DNA of 64,000 bases from Savitreella phatthalungensis. Lineage: Eukaryota. Under the pieces are notes generated by a model. It had not been told where the DNA came from. It searched no databases and saw nothing but the letters and a program-made list of their open reading frames with translations. The position numbers were made by a program, and so were the translations under genes. Of this stretch, positions 23,507-34,106 are shown one piece after another. Within the stretch, counting starts at the first letter, position 1. Every line of letters begins with the position of its first letter. The DNA lies in the NCBI GenBank assembly GCA_051599415.1, contig AP039700.1:372001-436000 (forward strand), written 5' to 3'.

Positions 23507-23680
23507 ATGGCAAAGTCAAAGGCTCGTAACATTCTCGTCAAGCTGGTCTCGACTGCGGGAACTGGAACGACGTACATTCGACAACGCCCTAGACAGGCGC
23601 TCTACAAACTCAAGATGGTCAAGTTCGACGCCAAGGTGAACGCCCGGGTGCCTTTTGAGGAGGTGCGATTGAAGCGATGA
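23507..23680 (+). CDS. MRPL39: Mitochondrial ribosomal protein bL33m (57 aa; absent from the ORF track)
   Basis: MAKSKARNILVKLVSTAGTGTTYIRQRPRQALYKLKMVKFDAKVNARVPFEEVRLKR matches the L33 pattern (VKLVSTAGTG, KFD..V...V.F.E). Confidence 0.9.
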   Translation: MAKSKARNILVKLVSTAGTGTTYIRQRPRQALYKLKMVKFDAKVNARVPFEEVRLKR

Positions 23681-23849
23681 GCGACGACGGTCGATCGGCT
23701 CACCAACGATTACATCAATTTTCATTGTCGGCAGACTTCAAACCCACGATTCTCACGATCTGTACATGGCTAGCACTTTATTCATACGTCATTCCTACTG
23801 CAACTTGCCTACTCGCCCGTTTCCGTCATAGAGCTCGTCATCGTGTTCT

Positions 23850-25860
23850 TCATTGCTGAGCGCAGCCAGGCATCGAGACGACCTCGCCACCGATGCGGAG
23901 TGTCAGCTGCGGATGTCGGTCGATTATTGGCCTTTCGTGAAGGGCTCTCGGCAGACCTTCCGCAGGAATAGAAAGCTTTCTACTCGGTAGCCGTTGTGCT
24001 GGCACAGTGTTCCGTCGTGATTGACTTTGCATTCGTCGGGCTTCGCTTGCACGTCTGAACGATGGAACTCGGTCCCATGAGACTCGCTCATCGCGTTCAT
24101 AACGTGGCAATTCGGCCTCTTCTGGCATTGACTCAAAGATCTTGACCGTGTCGTCGATGCCAGAACAGGCTAAGGTGTTAGTGACTGGATTACCTTCAAT
24201 CACATTCGTGACCATGCCGTCGCCTTGAAGCAAGTGTACAAGCTTGCCGGAAGTCTTTTTCCACATGAATAGACGACCGTCGTCAGAACCACTCACGACA
24301 TATTCGTCACGCAGTCCGTAGAAGTTGACGTCCTTGATCGTTTCTGAGTTGTAGTGGCCTGTATATGAGCGCCATGGCAAACTCAACGGCAGGCTTTGAT
24401 GTATTTTTGAGCACCTGTGTAGATATTCCGGGCGTAGCTGCTCGGGGGTCAATTCAGACGCCTCCAAAGAGTCGTCCGAATCATAAGGGTCAAAATCGTC
24501 GTCATACAGGTCGTCCTCAACTTCGTCTGCGACGTCTTCGTCAAAATCATCGTCCATTGCAGAGGCGTCCTCATTATCGAGGTCATCATCAGCCTCATTG
24601 CTTTGGTCGCTGTGCGTGTCGTCTTCGCTGTGTCCGAAACCGTCAGGGTCTTCATGCTCGCACTCCATTTCTGTTTCATCCACAGTTCGGGTTGTGGGAG
24701 TGCTTGATGCACTTAAATGGCCTTCACGATTCTGCATCTCAGATCTTGCATTCTCGCCTTGTTGTGCTTGCCCTCTCGCAGAGCCTCTTCCTGTTGAAGT
24801 ATCGTGTCGATTTCTTTCGACTGTCGTGTCATGTGGGACTGCGCTTTCCTCACGAGCATTCTCGATTTCCGTCGACTCTTCTGGTGCAGATGCACCAGCG
24901 TCAGCATCGACACGCGGTCGCTTGTGCGAAGTCCGACTGTCTTCTGCCGCCAAGCGGCGACTCGCTTGAGCCCAGAAGGCCAAAGTTTCTGGCGTCGTGG
25001 ATATATCTCCCCGGTGAATGTCGTACAAGTAGACGTCATCGCAGCCAAAGGAGACGATCAGATCACGCGCATTGTAGCTGCCGAGCTGTAACGCCGTGAT
25101 GTAAGGACTCAAAGTCTGCGGCGCCACCGACACAAATTTCCGAACCGCCTGTGTGGCCTGCCCGGGATCCGTGACGACCTTGTTTCCCCACTCGAGCTCG
25201 AGCGAGCGTCCGACCATGCGCCTATCGTGAAGGAATGCAGCACCGAACGTCCCAGCCACAGCAAGGTAATAAGGATTCGGTTTACTGATACTCAAACAGT
25301 GGAGTTCGATGCCCCACGGGCGATAGCTCACGAGTGGTTGTCGGTTTGTGGTGCGATCCCTAAGATCGAATTGTCTCACTTCACCATCTTCTGCACAGGT
25401 AAGGAACAGGAATGGACTATCCTCGGTCGCAATGCGCTTCGCACGATCTTCATGATCTCGGAAAACGTGTACCGGGCCTGATGCGTCCCGTCGTCCCTCG
25501 TAGTCGACATCAAAAACGCGCACTTGAGTCACCACAGCAAGTAACGAGCGTAGAGTTGGATGTGTGAGGCAAGAACTTGACGCTGAAGATATTGCGAGTG
25601 TGTCCAGTCTCAATCTGCTTTGCTGGCGCAAAGGATGGGTGATGGGAATCCCAGATAAAGACCCGGGTATCATCCGAACCTGACGCAAGCCATCTGCCGT
25701 CGTCTGACCAATTTAGAGCATTGACACAGCCTGTGTGACCTTCGAGCTCGTGAGCAATGTCCAATTGCTTCACTAGTCCCGCAGCTCCATATAAGGAAGC
25801 TCTTGCCGATGCGCTTGACCCCAACAGCTTCCTATCCCGGAGCGCGTCCACCGATCGCAT
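23850..25860 (-). CDS. WD40 protein of the DCAF8/DCAF6/iqw1 type, interrupted by an apparent frameshift near 25525
   Basis: Frame 1: ELEGHTGCVNALNWS..LASGSDDT..GHTRNIFSVKF..VTCCGD. Frame 2: QVRVFD..FLTCAEDGEVRQFDLR..YTGHYNSETIKDVNFYG..VSGSDDG..LACSGIDDTVKIF. Confidence 0.85.
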
Positions 25861-26209
25861 CCTCTACCTATAGCGTCTGAACCGAATATCACTGTTCCAG
25901 CCCGTGAGCACCAGCGCGAACGTATAGAATTCCAGCTAGCTGATACTTTTATTCTCCAGTTGCGTAACTGGTTGACCTGTTCTCAATGACATCGTGGCGT
26001 TATGGTAGGGCTATCTATCGACTACTACGTACTATAATTGATCACGAGCATTGATTCAATCGATCAAACGTATTTGATTCATGAATTGCCTTGCGTAACT
26101 GCACATGATCACAAACATGCGTAATCAGTCTTTCCAGGGATAGAGAGTAAAGTAGGGGTCACCAGTGAAGAGACCCAGGGGATTCTTGTTCCACAAGTCT
26201 GCTATAGAC

Positions 26210-27208
26210 ATGTCAGCTGCAATGACAGAGACGCTCATAGGGAATGCGCTTCCTCTTGTGCCAGAGGATGCTCCCGCCCATTGCCCTGGAACAGATTCAG
26301 ATCAAGCAGGCAAGGCAGATGCCTGCGCCGGTTGTCCCAACCAACAAATCTGTGCAACAACACCAAAAGGTCCTGATCCAGACTTGCCCTTCATCCGCGA
26401 GCGCATGGCTACTGTGCAGCACAAAGTTCTTGTTCTTTCTGGTAAAGGTGGCGTGGGCAAATCGACCATTTCTTCCCAGCTTGCATGGGCGCTCTCCTCA
26501 CACGACGACGAGCCCCAGATAGGGTTGATGGACATTGACATCACCGGTCCATCGATTCCTCGCATCCTGGGACTCATGGGTAGTGAAATTCATACATCGA
26601 GTTCGGGATGGTCGCCAGTCTACGTCAACGACAACCTCGGCGTCATGTCCATTGGATTTCTTCTACCGAATCCTGACGATGCTGTCATCTGGCGCGGCCC
26701 AAAGAAGAATGGCCTCATAAAACAGTTTCTTCGGGATGTTGAATGGGGCGAACTTGACTATCTCGTGGTAGACACCCCTCCAGGCACATCTGATGAGCAT
26801 CTTTCCGTGGCTCAGTATCTCCGAGAATCGCCGCCAAACGGGATCGACGGTGCCGTGCTTGTTACCACACCACAAGAGGTCGCTTTGCTCGACGTCCGGA
26901 AAGAGGTCGACTTCTGTCGGAAAGCGGGTGTGCCAATTCTCGGCGTGGTTGAGAATATGTCGGGCTTCGTCTGTGGCAAATGTGGAACAGAGTCACAGGT
27001 ATTCAGGGCAACAACTGGTGGCGGTCGTCAGCTGGCGGCAGACCTAGGTCTGCGCTTCCTCGGCGCCGTACCACTCGATCCGCGCATTGGCAAGGCCTGC
27101 GATTCAGGGGAATCCTTTGTCGACCTCCACCCTGAGTCGCCTGCCACGGTTGCGTTGCTCGATATTGTCCGGCAAGTACGGGAACTATGCGGAGACTCCG
27201 CTCCATAG
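26210..27208 (+). CDS. NBP35: Cytosolic Fe-S cluster assembly factor Nbp35
   Basis: N-terminal [67 protein letters not shown]. Confidence 0.96.
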   Translation: MSAAMTETLIGNALPLVPEDAPAHCPGTDSDQAGKADACAGCPNQQICATTPKGPDPDLPFIRERMATVQHKVLVLSGKGGVGKSTISSQLAWALSSHDDEPQIGLMDIDITGPSIPRILGLMGSEIHTSSSGWSPVYVNDNLGVMSIGFLLPNPDDAVIWRGPKKNGLIKQFLRDVEWGELDYLVVDTPPGTSDEHLSVAQYLRESPPNGIDGAVLVTTPQEVALLDVRKEVDFCRKAGVPILGVVENMSGFVCGKCGTESQVFRATTGGGRQLAADLGLRFLGAVPLDPRIGKACDSGESFVDLHPESPATVALLDIVRQVRELCGDSAP

Positions 27209-27284
27209 GCGTCAGGCCATGTTTATGAGGCACTAGGATGCGCCGATAATGATCACGACAATTAGAACTGTAATATACATATTT

Positions 27285-28157
27285 TCAACTTCTCGGTGCG
27301 CGACCTGGGTCACGGCTGCCCAGCCGCCCATACACGGGTTCCCGCTCCTCGCGCTTGTCTCCGAGACGAGAAAGGAGTGGCTTCGGTCCAAGCCTATCAA
27401 ATAAGCCACCCCGACCGTCACGTGGTGGAGGCGACCGTGATCTCGACCGCGCTCGATGATCCCTGCGTCGACGTGCGTCCCTGCCGTACGGGTCGTTCCG
27501 ACGGTCCCCGCCTCGTCCACCGCCGCCCCGACGGCCATCTCCATTGCGGATGCGCGTGTCAGGGTCGGCTTCGGGATGGAACAAATAGTATCGTGATCTG
27601 TCCTTGGCACCAGCAGTCTTGACGTCCGAGGTCGTCGCGAAACGAATTGCCAAGCGTGAGTCTCTGACTGTATCGCCGTCCACCGAGTTCGACTGGAGTG
27701 GCCTCGCCGCGATACTCACGCCCGACGTTGCCTGCTCTAACAGCCGTGCCTCTTCCGAGTACGTCTCCCCGGCCAATAGAGTGAATGCCTGGCGTGCTTC
27801 CTCGGGCGTATAGTAAACAAGATTTAGTGAGGTATCGTCGATCCACTCCACGCGTGGACGCGCTTTGAGTCCTGGCGTCTCGTCTGACGTCGGCTCAACA
27901 TCGAGGCGAGAGACGAGTGGTGCATCTGCCAGATCTGTATCTGCTTCAGGCTTTGATTCATCTGTTTTGATCTGCTCTGCTTGCCGGGGCACTGTCGATG
28001 TCCAGTGCGTCACGTAAGCCAGAACCTGCTTGGTCGATAGCTCGTCCACGCCTCTCAGGTGGAGCGCGTTCTCTCGCAAGGCCGACTGCGGGCGCACGTC
28101 AGTTGCTGCGTCTGTGCTGCCTGCACCGTCAGCATACATGTCGCTATCAAGCTCCAT
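27285..28157 (-). CDS. NCBP3: Nuclear cap-binding protein subunit 3-like (DUF2414) RNA-binding protein
   Basis: ALHLRGVDELST, RVEWIDDTSLNLVY, IRFATTSDVK..AKDRSRYYLFHPE, RG/RS-rich tail. Confidence 0.8.
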   Translation of the reverse strand: MELDSDMYADGAGSTDAATDVRPQSALRENALHLRGVDELSTKQVLAYVTHWTSTVPRQAEQIKTDESKPEADTDLADAPLVSRLDVEPTSDETPGLKARPRVEWIDDTSLNLVYYTPEEARQAFTLLAGETYSEEARLLEQATSGVSIAARPLQSNSVDGDTVRDSRLAIRFATTSDVKTAGAKDRSRYYLFHPEADPDTRIRNGDGRRGGGGRGGDRRNDPYGRDARRRRDHRARSRSRSPPPRDGRGGLFDRLGPKPLLSRLGDKREEREPVYGRLGSRDPGRAPRS

Positions 28158-28336
28158 GACGCGCTATATTGTCAGTGTTCTGACCTTGCTCGTGAGATTG
28201 TTTTTACATTGAAACATCATTTGCACTGTAGCACTAGAAAAACGGTCCGTTGCACGAGGAGGGCATGCATTTATCAGATTCATTTCATCATCACAGTGTC
28301 TATGCGTTCTATCCTAGAATGGCTTGTCGATGGCAA

Positions 28337-29152
28337 CTAAGCGGTCTCGGAGTAGTCGCCTCTCCCAAAGACAGGAGACCAAACAGTGTCATGCATAGTC
28401 CATACTGCTGAGAAGACAATGCCCATCAGTTGACCGAGCCAGCGGGGCGAATTCCCTTTTTGGTCTGTCAGTTTCGCACGGAGAGTGAAGAGCAACGTGA
28501 CGACAGGTAGCCAGAACGCGCTGAATATCAGAGCGCCAAAAGTCTGCCACCAGCCTTGCAGCCGATACGTCTGGACGTCTCGGAGGTATGCAATGTACTT
28601 CTCGTCGAATCCGTGCTGTTTAGCGCCACTCAGAATGAGGCCGACGTACCGTTCAGATGGCTGACAACGTCTCCTTGGACGCTTTGCCTGAAGTGTCCAG
28701 ACTCTGAGTGTCTCCACCTGATTGTCCATAGAATGAGCATCGAGCTGAATCTGCGCGTAACCAGACTCATTACCCGCGCCACCTTCAGTCGCAATGATAT
28801 GCTGGTAATCGGGCTCCGTGACGAGATATGCAACACCTTGAAGATCCGGTTGATTTATCACTGCGGGATCCTGTGCGTCCTCTGTGTCGAGCGGCCGTAT
28901 GCTACCGAAGCCCGGTTCGCGATATGGCAGGCCTGCAATCTCGAAATTGAGTCGCCAACCAGGCACTTTGAGTCGTTTGTGCCTGATCGGATGAATACCG
29001 CGTCGACGCAAGAAGACGTCTCCGTCCAAATTGCTTCCGTATGCGAAATACCATCTCGTTGCTTCACCCAGAGCTGAGGGCGATTCAGTCGGGTGATGCA
29101 GTTCCTGCTGAGTCGCAACTGCAAGTTGATCGAGAGTCGTCGATGCAGACAT
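28337..29152 (-). CDS. Gamma-glutamylcyclotransferase, GliK-like
   Basis: WYFAYGSNL, GLPYREPGFGS, GVAYLV..IIATEGG, PSERY..L...GA; hydrophobic C-terminus ending FGRGD. Confidence 0.8.
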   Translation of the reverse strand: MSASTTLDQLAVATQQELHHPTESPSALGEATRWYFAYGSNLDGDVFLRRRGIHPIRHKRLKVPGWRLNFEIAGLPYREPGFGSIRPLDTEDAQDPAVINQPDLQGVAYLVTEPDYQHIIATEGGAGNESGYAQIQLDAHSMDNQVETLRVWTLQAKRPRRRCQPSERYVGLILSGAKQHGFDEKYIAYLRDVQTYRLQGWWQTFGALIFSAFWLPVVTLLFTLRAKLTDQKGNSPRWLGQLMGIVFSAVWTMHDTVWSPVFGRGDYSETA

Positions 29153-30216
29153 GACAATCTCGCAGCGATGTGGGTTACCAGGAGAGGGAAGAGACAGACA
29201 ATCGGCTGAGACTTGAAACCGACGTCTGAGGACTCCAGACCGCCCTTTTGTAAATGGCTTTCTTGACGCAACTGAAACTCTAGGGGTATGTGTGGTAACC
29301 GAGAACTTGATAAATCTGACAAATGTTCAGTGAAGGCATTGTGGGGCCGTCTCGGTCGGTGATTTGATTCGCCGAACTATTTAACCTTGATTTCTAAATA
29401 CAGCATGGTCATTTAAGGTTCTTAGAGGATGAAAATGACAGTGGAGATGCTGACAGTAAACCGCAGTGCCGAGCAGCATCGAGAATTTCACCAGTCAAGC
29501 TCATTCGTCTCAACCACTTGCATTGTATCGACCGATCTCCGAGAATGAACCATTGCAGGCCGATATGCGCTTGACCCAGGCTACATGGTGTCACGTGATA
29601 TCGAACATTGAATGAGCCACAGGCGTCAACTTCAAAGTGTGGCAGTACAGAATTCGCTAGACTGGCCTTCCTTGGCCTGCGCTGGCTCGATCTGGGTTGG
29701 TCTGGCTTGGGTGAACGATTAAGGCTGAAATTTGAATTCTAATCGTGCACGTGCATGATTCTTCCTGCTAAGCAACCCTCAGGGAAATATTCTGTCTGTA
29801 GACCGCGGTGCCTGCTCACTCCACGACCCATGCGTCCAGACGCGTCAACCTCCCACTGCCACCACCACCACCACCGCCGCCAGCGTCCCAGCATCGCCGC
29901 CGAGGTCCCTGACTGCCTCGCTGCTGCAACTCTTTAGGAAGCAATCTGAATATCTCTTGCACTAGATCAAAAACATACCAGGCGCAGCCACGGCTTGGGG
30001 CATTTTTCACTGGCCCTCAGTCGCCAAAGAGGTCCTGCCTAGCAGGAATCCGTCGCCTCAGACCACACTATTCACATAGGAAGCGCCTACCTGTCATTTG
30101 AGATTTTCCCATCGGGTCTTTGGTCGCGTCACAGATGAATGACATGACATTTTACAAAGTTCACTAGCCGTCAATCGTCGTCTTCTTTCCTCTGAATCCC
30201 TCGTCTTTACTACAGT

Positions 30217-31287
30217 TCAGTCCTTGTCGACCTTGTTTGCTCTACCTTCCTCCATAGCTCGTTGCAATTGTCTGCGCACATCCTCGAGCTCGATGTCGTC
30301 TGGATCTTGACCGATTTCGCCGGCCGAATCGCCAGAACCATGGTGATCGTCACCTAGCCGAGATGTTTCGCCAGGCAGGACCGAAGACAGCATGTCCCGC
30401 ATGCCGGCGGCGGACGTGAAAGACACAGGTCGAGACTCGACCCAGAGGCATGCTCGCTGTCCGCCGAATGCTGTGATGAACAGGGCTGCGCCTTGGACGA
30501 GGTACCAAGTGATTGAGCGCGGGATGAAGGTGCCACCAAACACAACGCCCAGCGCAAGCTGCATCGCACAAAGCGTTCCGGCAAAGTCCCACACGAGTCT
30601 GCTGCGCCTGACGACGATTGCGACGCCACCTACGCCGGCGGTCATCGCCGTCACCAGTGTCACGATGACGTTGCGAATCCCGGGGACGAGCGCGTTCAGG
30701 TTTGTGTTGTATGGTGCATACAGTAGCGTCCAGAAGACCGATGACCGAGCACGTTCTGCCGATTCGCCCGCATACGACGCTGTCGACTTGACCTTGTCAA
30801 CGAGCCACGCAGCGTGGCCGGTAGCAGACTGCATCGCTGATGGGTTCGAGTCGCCGACCATTTCCGGCTGCTTTGCCGGCACGAGTGCTCGCGGGAAGCG
30901 CCGACGAGTCATTCCGCCGACAGAACCTGCCTCGGCCGCTGCTTTTGTCCCAGCTAGACCTAACGAGGCACCTGCCAGGACTGGATCGACTGGTACAGCA
31001 TCGTGGACAGCAGCAGGAAGGTCAGTGGCGCCGTCACCATCACTCGGGCTCGCTCTGTCAAGCCCGGCCACGATTTCGGCCGACTTGCCTGCGCCTGCAT
31101 GCGTGTGCGCGTGATGCTGGCCTAGGGACATGGGCGCTGCAAACGACCCGAGCAGAATTAGATTTGCTGCCGTTGTAAGCATGATCAACGCCGTGTTGTA
31201 GAACAGCCAGAGCAGAAAGATCTGTGTCAGTGTACGGCATGGATTTCGCCGCGAGGCAAACTTGCCGGAAGCTCTAGAAGGCGCCAT
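30217..31287 (-). CDS. SYS1: Sys1-like Golgi membrane protein with a long loop insertion
   Basis: P..TLTQIFLL..FY first TM; VVRRSRLVWDFAGTL, PRSITW and G...C.W.E.RPVSF Sys1-like motifs. Confidence 0.7.
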   Translation of the reverse strand: MAPSRASGKFASRRNPCRTLTQIFLLWLFYNTALIMLTTAANLILLGSFAAPMSLGQHHAHTHAGAGKSAEIVAGLDRASPSDGDGATDLPAAVHDAVPVDPVLAGASLGLAGTKAAAEAGSVGGMTRRRFPRALVPAKQPEMVGDSNPSAMQSATGHAAWLVDKVKSTASYAGESAERARSSVFWTLLYAPYNTNLNALVPGIRNVIVTLVTAMTAGVGGVAIVVRRSRLVWDFAGTLCAMQLALGVVFGGTFIPRSITWYLVQGAALFITAFGGQRACLWVESRPVSFTSAAGMRDMLSSVLPGETSRLGDDHHGSGDSAGEIGQDPDDIELEDVRRQLQRAMEEGRANKVDKD

Positions 31288-31600
31288 CGACAGCTTCCAG
31301 CTTCTCGTGCCAAGCTCAGACTATTATCTGTGAGCGCGTCTTTCGATCTCGCATTTAGTTCGTGCATTCCAATATGTTGTGGTCAAGTACTGGCCGCGTC
31401 GAGCCTTGGGGGATTGGCAGATATCACTCTATGAAGCACATGGAAAGGGAATTTGGAGGCTCATCGTATTTTGATTTAGTGGCATATATTGAGGCATAAA
31501 AACATATCTGCGTAAGGATATACTCTAGTGTCGTTATAAGGCTCATGCGTATCTAGAGCTGTTTCGAGTGTCGAGCTAATTGGTTGTCTGGAACGCCCAT

Positions 31601-32956
31601 CTAGGCGACGACCAGGGTGCGCGAGACAGCGTTGCCAGGCTCAGCGACCCATCGCCCGCGACTCAAGGGCGTGTGCCTTTTGTCGTTGTTATTCAGGATA
31701 GCACATACAAAGCGTTCTGCCTTCTTCGAATGCTCTGGGGCCCAGATGTCACGCTTCATCGCTGAGCCCGAGCTCATCACGTTGGCTGCGGCCTGCTGGG
31801 TATGCGAGAACCACGATGGCATTTCACGATGATCAGACTCATCATCATCGTCCGATGTCGATCGAGAATTCTGCGATGAGCTGGCTACTGTTAGAGGATC
31901 TGGAATGTGGAATGTTACGAGCGTCAACGTTGAAGGTGTTGTCACCGCCGCACGCCGTGGCCTCCGGGGCTGCCCGGAGTCGTTTGACGAGCTCGTTCGT
32001 GAGACACGGCGCGTCGAGGAGCCGGACTGCTGACGAGGACCAAGCGCAAGTCGAAGTGGCCCTGCCCCGGGCGCTTGATTTTGCATCTCTTGCGATATCG
32101 TGTAGAATGTGCGACGGCGTAAGTCGTCTTCCGGTCGCTCCGCTTCGAAGACCTCGTGAAGTTGAGCACGTGAGGGTTGGACGCGACGGCGTGGATTAAT
32201 CACAGCACGCGGTTCCCGACGAGTCTCAAGTGGCTCAGCCAGATCTCGCCCCTGGTTGATCGCGTCGAGCCAGCTTACGACGCCACGTGAGTTGCGGCAT
32301 TGCAACAGGAATTGCTCATCTTCACAACGCACCCTCAGAACATTCGGTTTTTTCGCGTAATCAGCTGCAACTCCTGCTGCAGCTCCGAGGAGAGAAAACG
32401 TCCTGAAAGGTGTTGCTTGGCCGCATCCAAATGACGGAGGCTCGCTGAAAGTTGCAACTGATGCCGATCTTTCTCGACTTGCTAGCGGGTGAGTCGATGG
32501 CAACTCAGACGAGCGGCGAGACAATCTGCGCTCGTGTTCCGAATATACTGTAGTCTCTTCCAGATGATGAAAGCCAGGCCTGTCAGAGCCGAAAGCATCG
32601 TCATAGCCGGTCAGCGTCTTTGCTAGCGCCTTTCTCAGACCCGGTGTTGTTGAGCGTGATAATGTTGCGGCAAAGCTGCCCGGTGGCACCACGTATAGGT
32701 CCAATTTCGTGCCACGCAAGACCGCAAAACAATCCTGCCAAGGACGTCGAAATGGCTCTCTGATTTTGTTCTCCTGATCCACATAGGACTCGAGTTTTCG
32801 CAGGACCGTACCGTAGTGTAGCAGACTGCAATCATATTCTGGCAATGAGTCTGACTTTGCCTGTTGCTCGAGACATCTACCAAGAGCCCGATTGCGCGCC
32901 TGTACGGCTGCGCTCTCGTCCCAAGCGTTGCTGTACGAGGGCGGTTCAGCGTCCAT
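31601..32956 (-). CDS. Fungal PH-domain protein
   Basis: LPEYDCSL..G..LRKLE..RRPWQDCFAVLRGTKLDLY..SLLGAAAGVAADYAKKPNVLRVRCEDEQFLLQ..W; ATG 32956 preferred over the TTG at 33115. Confidence 0.75.
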   Translation of the reverse strand: MDAEPPSYSNAWDESAAVQARNRALGRCLEQQAKSDSLPEYDCSLLHYGTVLRKLESYVDQENKIREPFRRPWQDCFAVLRGTKLDLYVVPPGSFAATLSRSTTPGLRKALAKTLTGYDDAFGSDRPGFHHLEETTVYSEHERRLSRRSSELPSTHPLASRERSASVATFSEPPSFGCGQATPFRTFSLLGAAAGVAADYAKKPNVLRVRCEDEQFLLQCRNSRGVVSWLDAINQGRDLAEPLETRREPRAVINPRRRVQPSRAQLHEVFEAERPEDDLRRRTFYTISQEMQNQAPGAGPLRLALGPRQQSGSSTRRVSRTSSSNDSGQPRRPRRAAVTTPSTLTLVTFHIPDPLTVASSSQNSRSTSDDDDESDHREMPSWFSHTQQAAANVMSSGSAMKRDIWAPEHSKKAERFVCAILNNNDKRHTPLSRGRWVAEPGNAVSRTLVVA

Positions 32957-34106
32957 ACCAGTAGATATTGCGCTTATTGTTGCATATCGCGCACTCGGAA
33001 CAAACCGTTCTGAGACTTCAATTTTGAATAATACACAATCGGCGATTGTCAGCAGTCGACCTCTTGAAGCCTTGCTGAATCTCGCTAGCAGCGACACTGA
33101 CGAGCTTGTCGACAATATTTACGTCTTCTGGGTTTGGCGTTGAGTACGTGACCTGTTGTAGTAAGTAATGAAAGTCGAGGATTTTTTTCTTCTCTACCCT
33201 CTGGCTTTCTGTGGTCAAATGACGCGCTGCTGTGGCTACGGTCGTACGAGCCAAGTTAAGAGCCTGGGATGGTTGACTCTGATCAAGAAAGATTATGACT
33301 TCACCTATAGCTGAGCGCTGTTAACCCGGTAAAGATCCACGATAAAAATCCAAGGGATTGGCTAATAGGTCATCAATTTCCGACCCTTCTTTCGTCATAC
33401 GCGGCTTTCACCTTTTTACTCTGCCCAGATCCGTTAATGAATTCTGTCGGGCGACTTCTCCCTGGACAGATTGGGTTGTCTCGTGCAATCAAAAATGACT
33501 GACAGAATCGGATCCATGCTCAGGTAAGTCATCTAACGGCGCATTATGATAATCGTTCTCAGACCTGTAATCTGGAGACCGAGAACATGATGAGACGCGC
33601 TTGCACATGTGATGACAGCACAAGACGATCCCAAGGTCCAAAGATGCACATGAAACGTGTCGATCCTCAATCTTTCAACTAGCAAACGAGTACTAGCATG
33701 ACCAACCGATCTTCATGTTTGTGAATTATAGACGAAGCAGAAGCATAACGCGGGATATCGTGATCCTGGAATTCCGCACTCACGTTACCGAGATAATCTT
33801 TCATAAATGTGGCAGTGGATGCTGCACTCTGTACTTTGTACTCCATTCAGGTATTTTCATAGGATCTGCTCAGAGCCATATGGACACCGGTGCCACATAC
33901 ATCGGTAAAAATTGCCACGTCAACAGAATTCCTCTCATAGGCGGCAAGTCCGGATGAGACGGCTTTTGTGAAGGTGCGCCAAAAAGTCCCACATGTGATT
34001 ACAATAAAGTGCTACATGTGATTGCAGTCTACGTCTTGCGTGCCATGCGAGGTCGTACGCTAGATACCCGATCTAGTGGCCGGAGCACGAGATACGTGAC
34101 ATGAAT

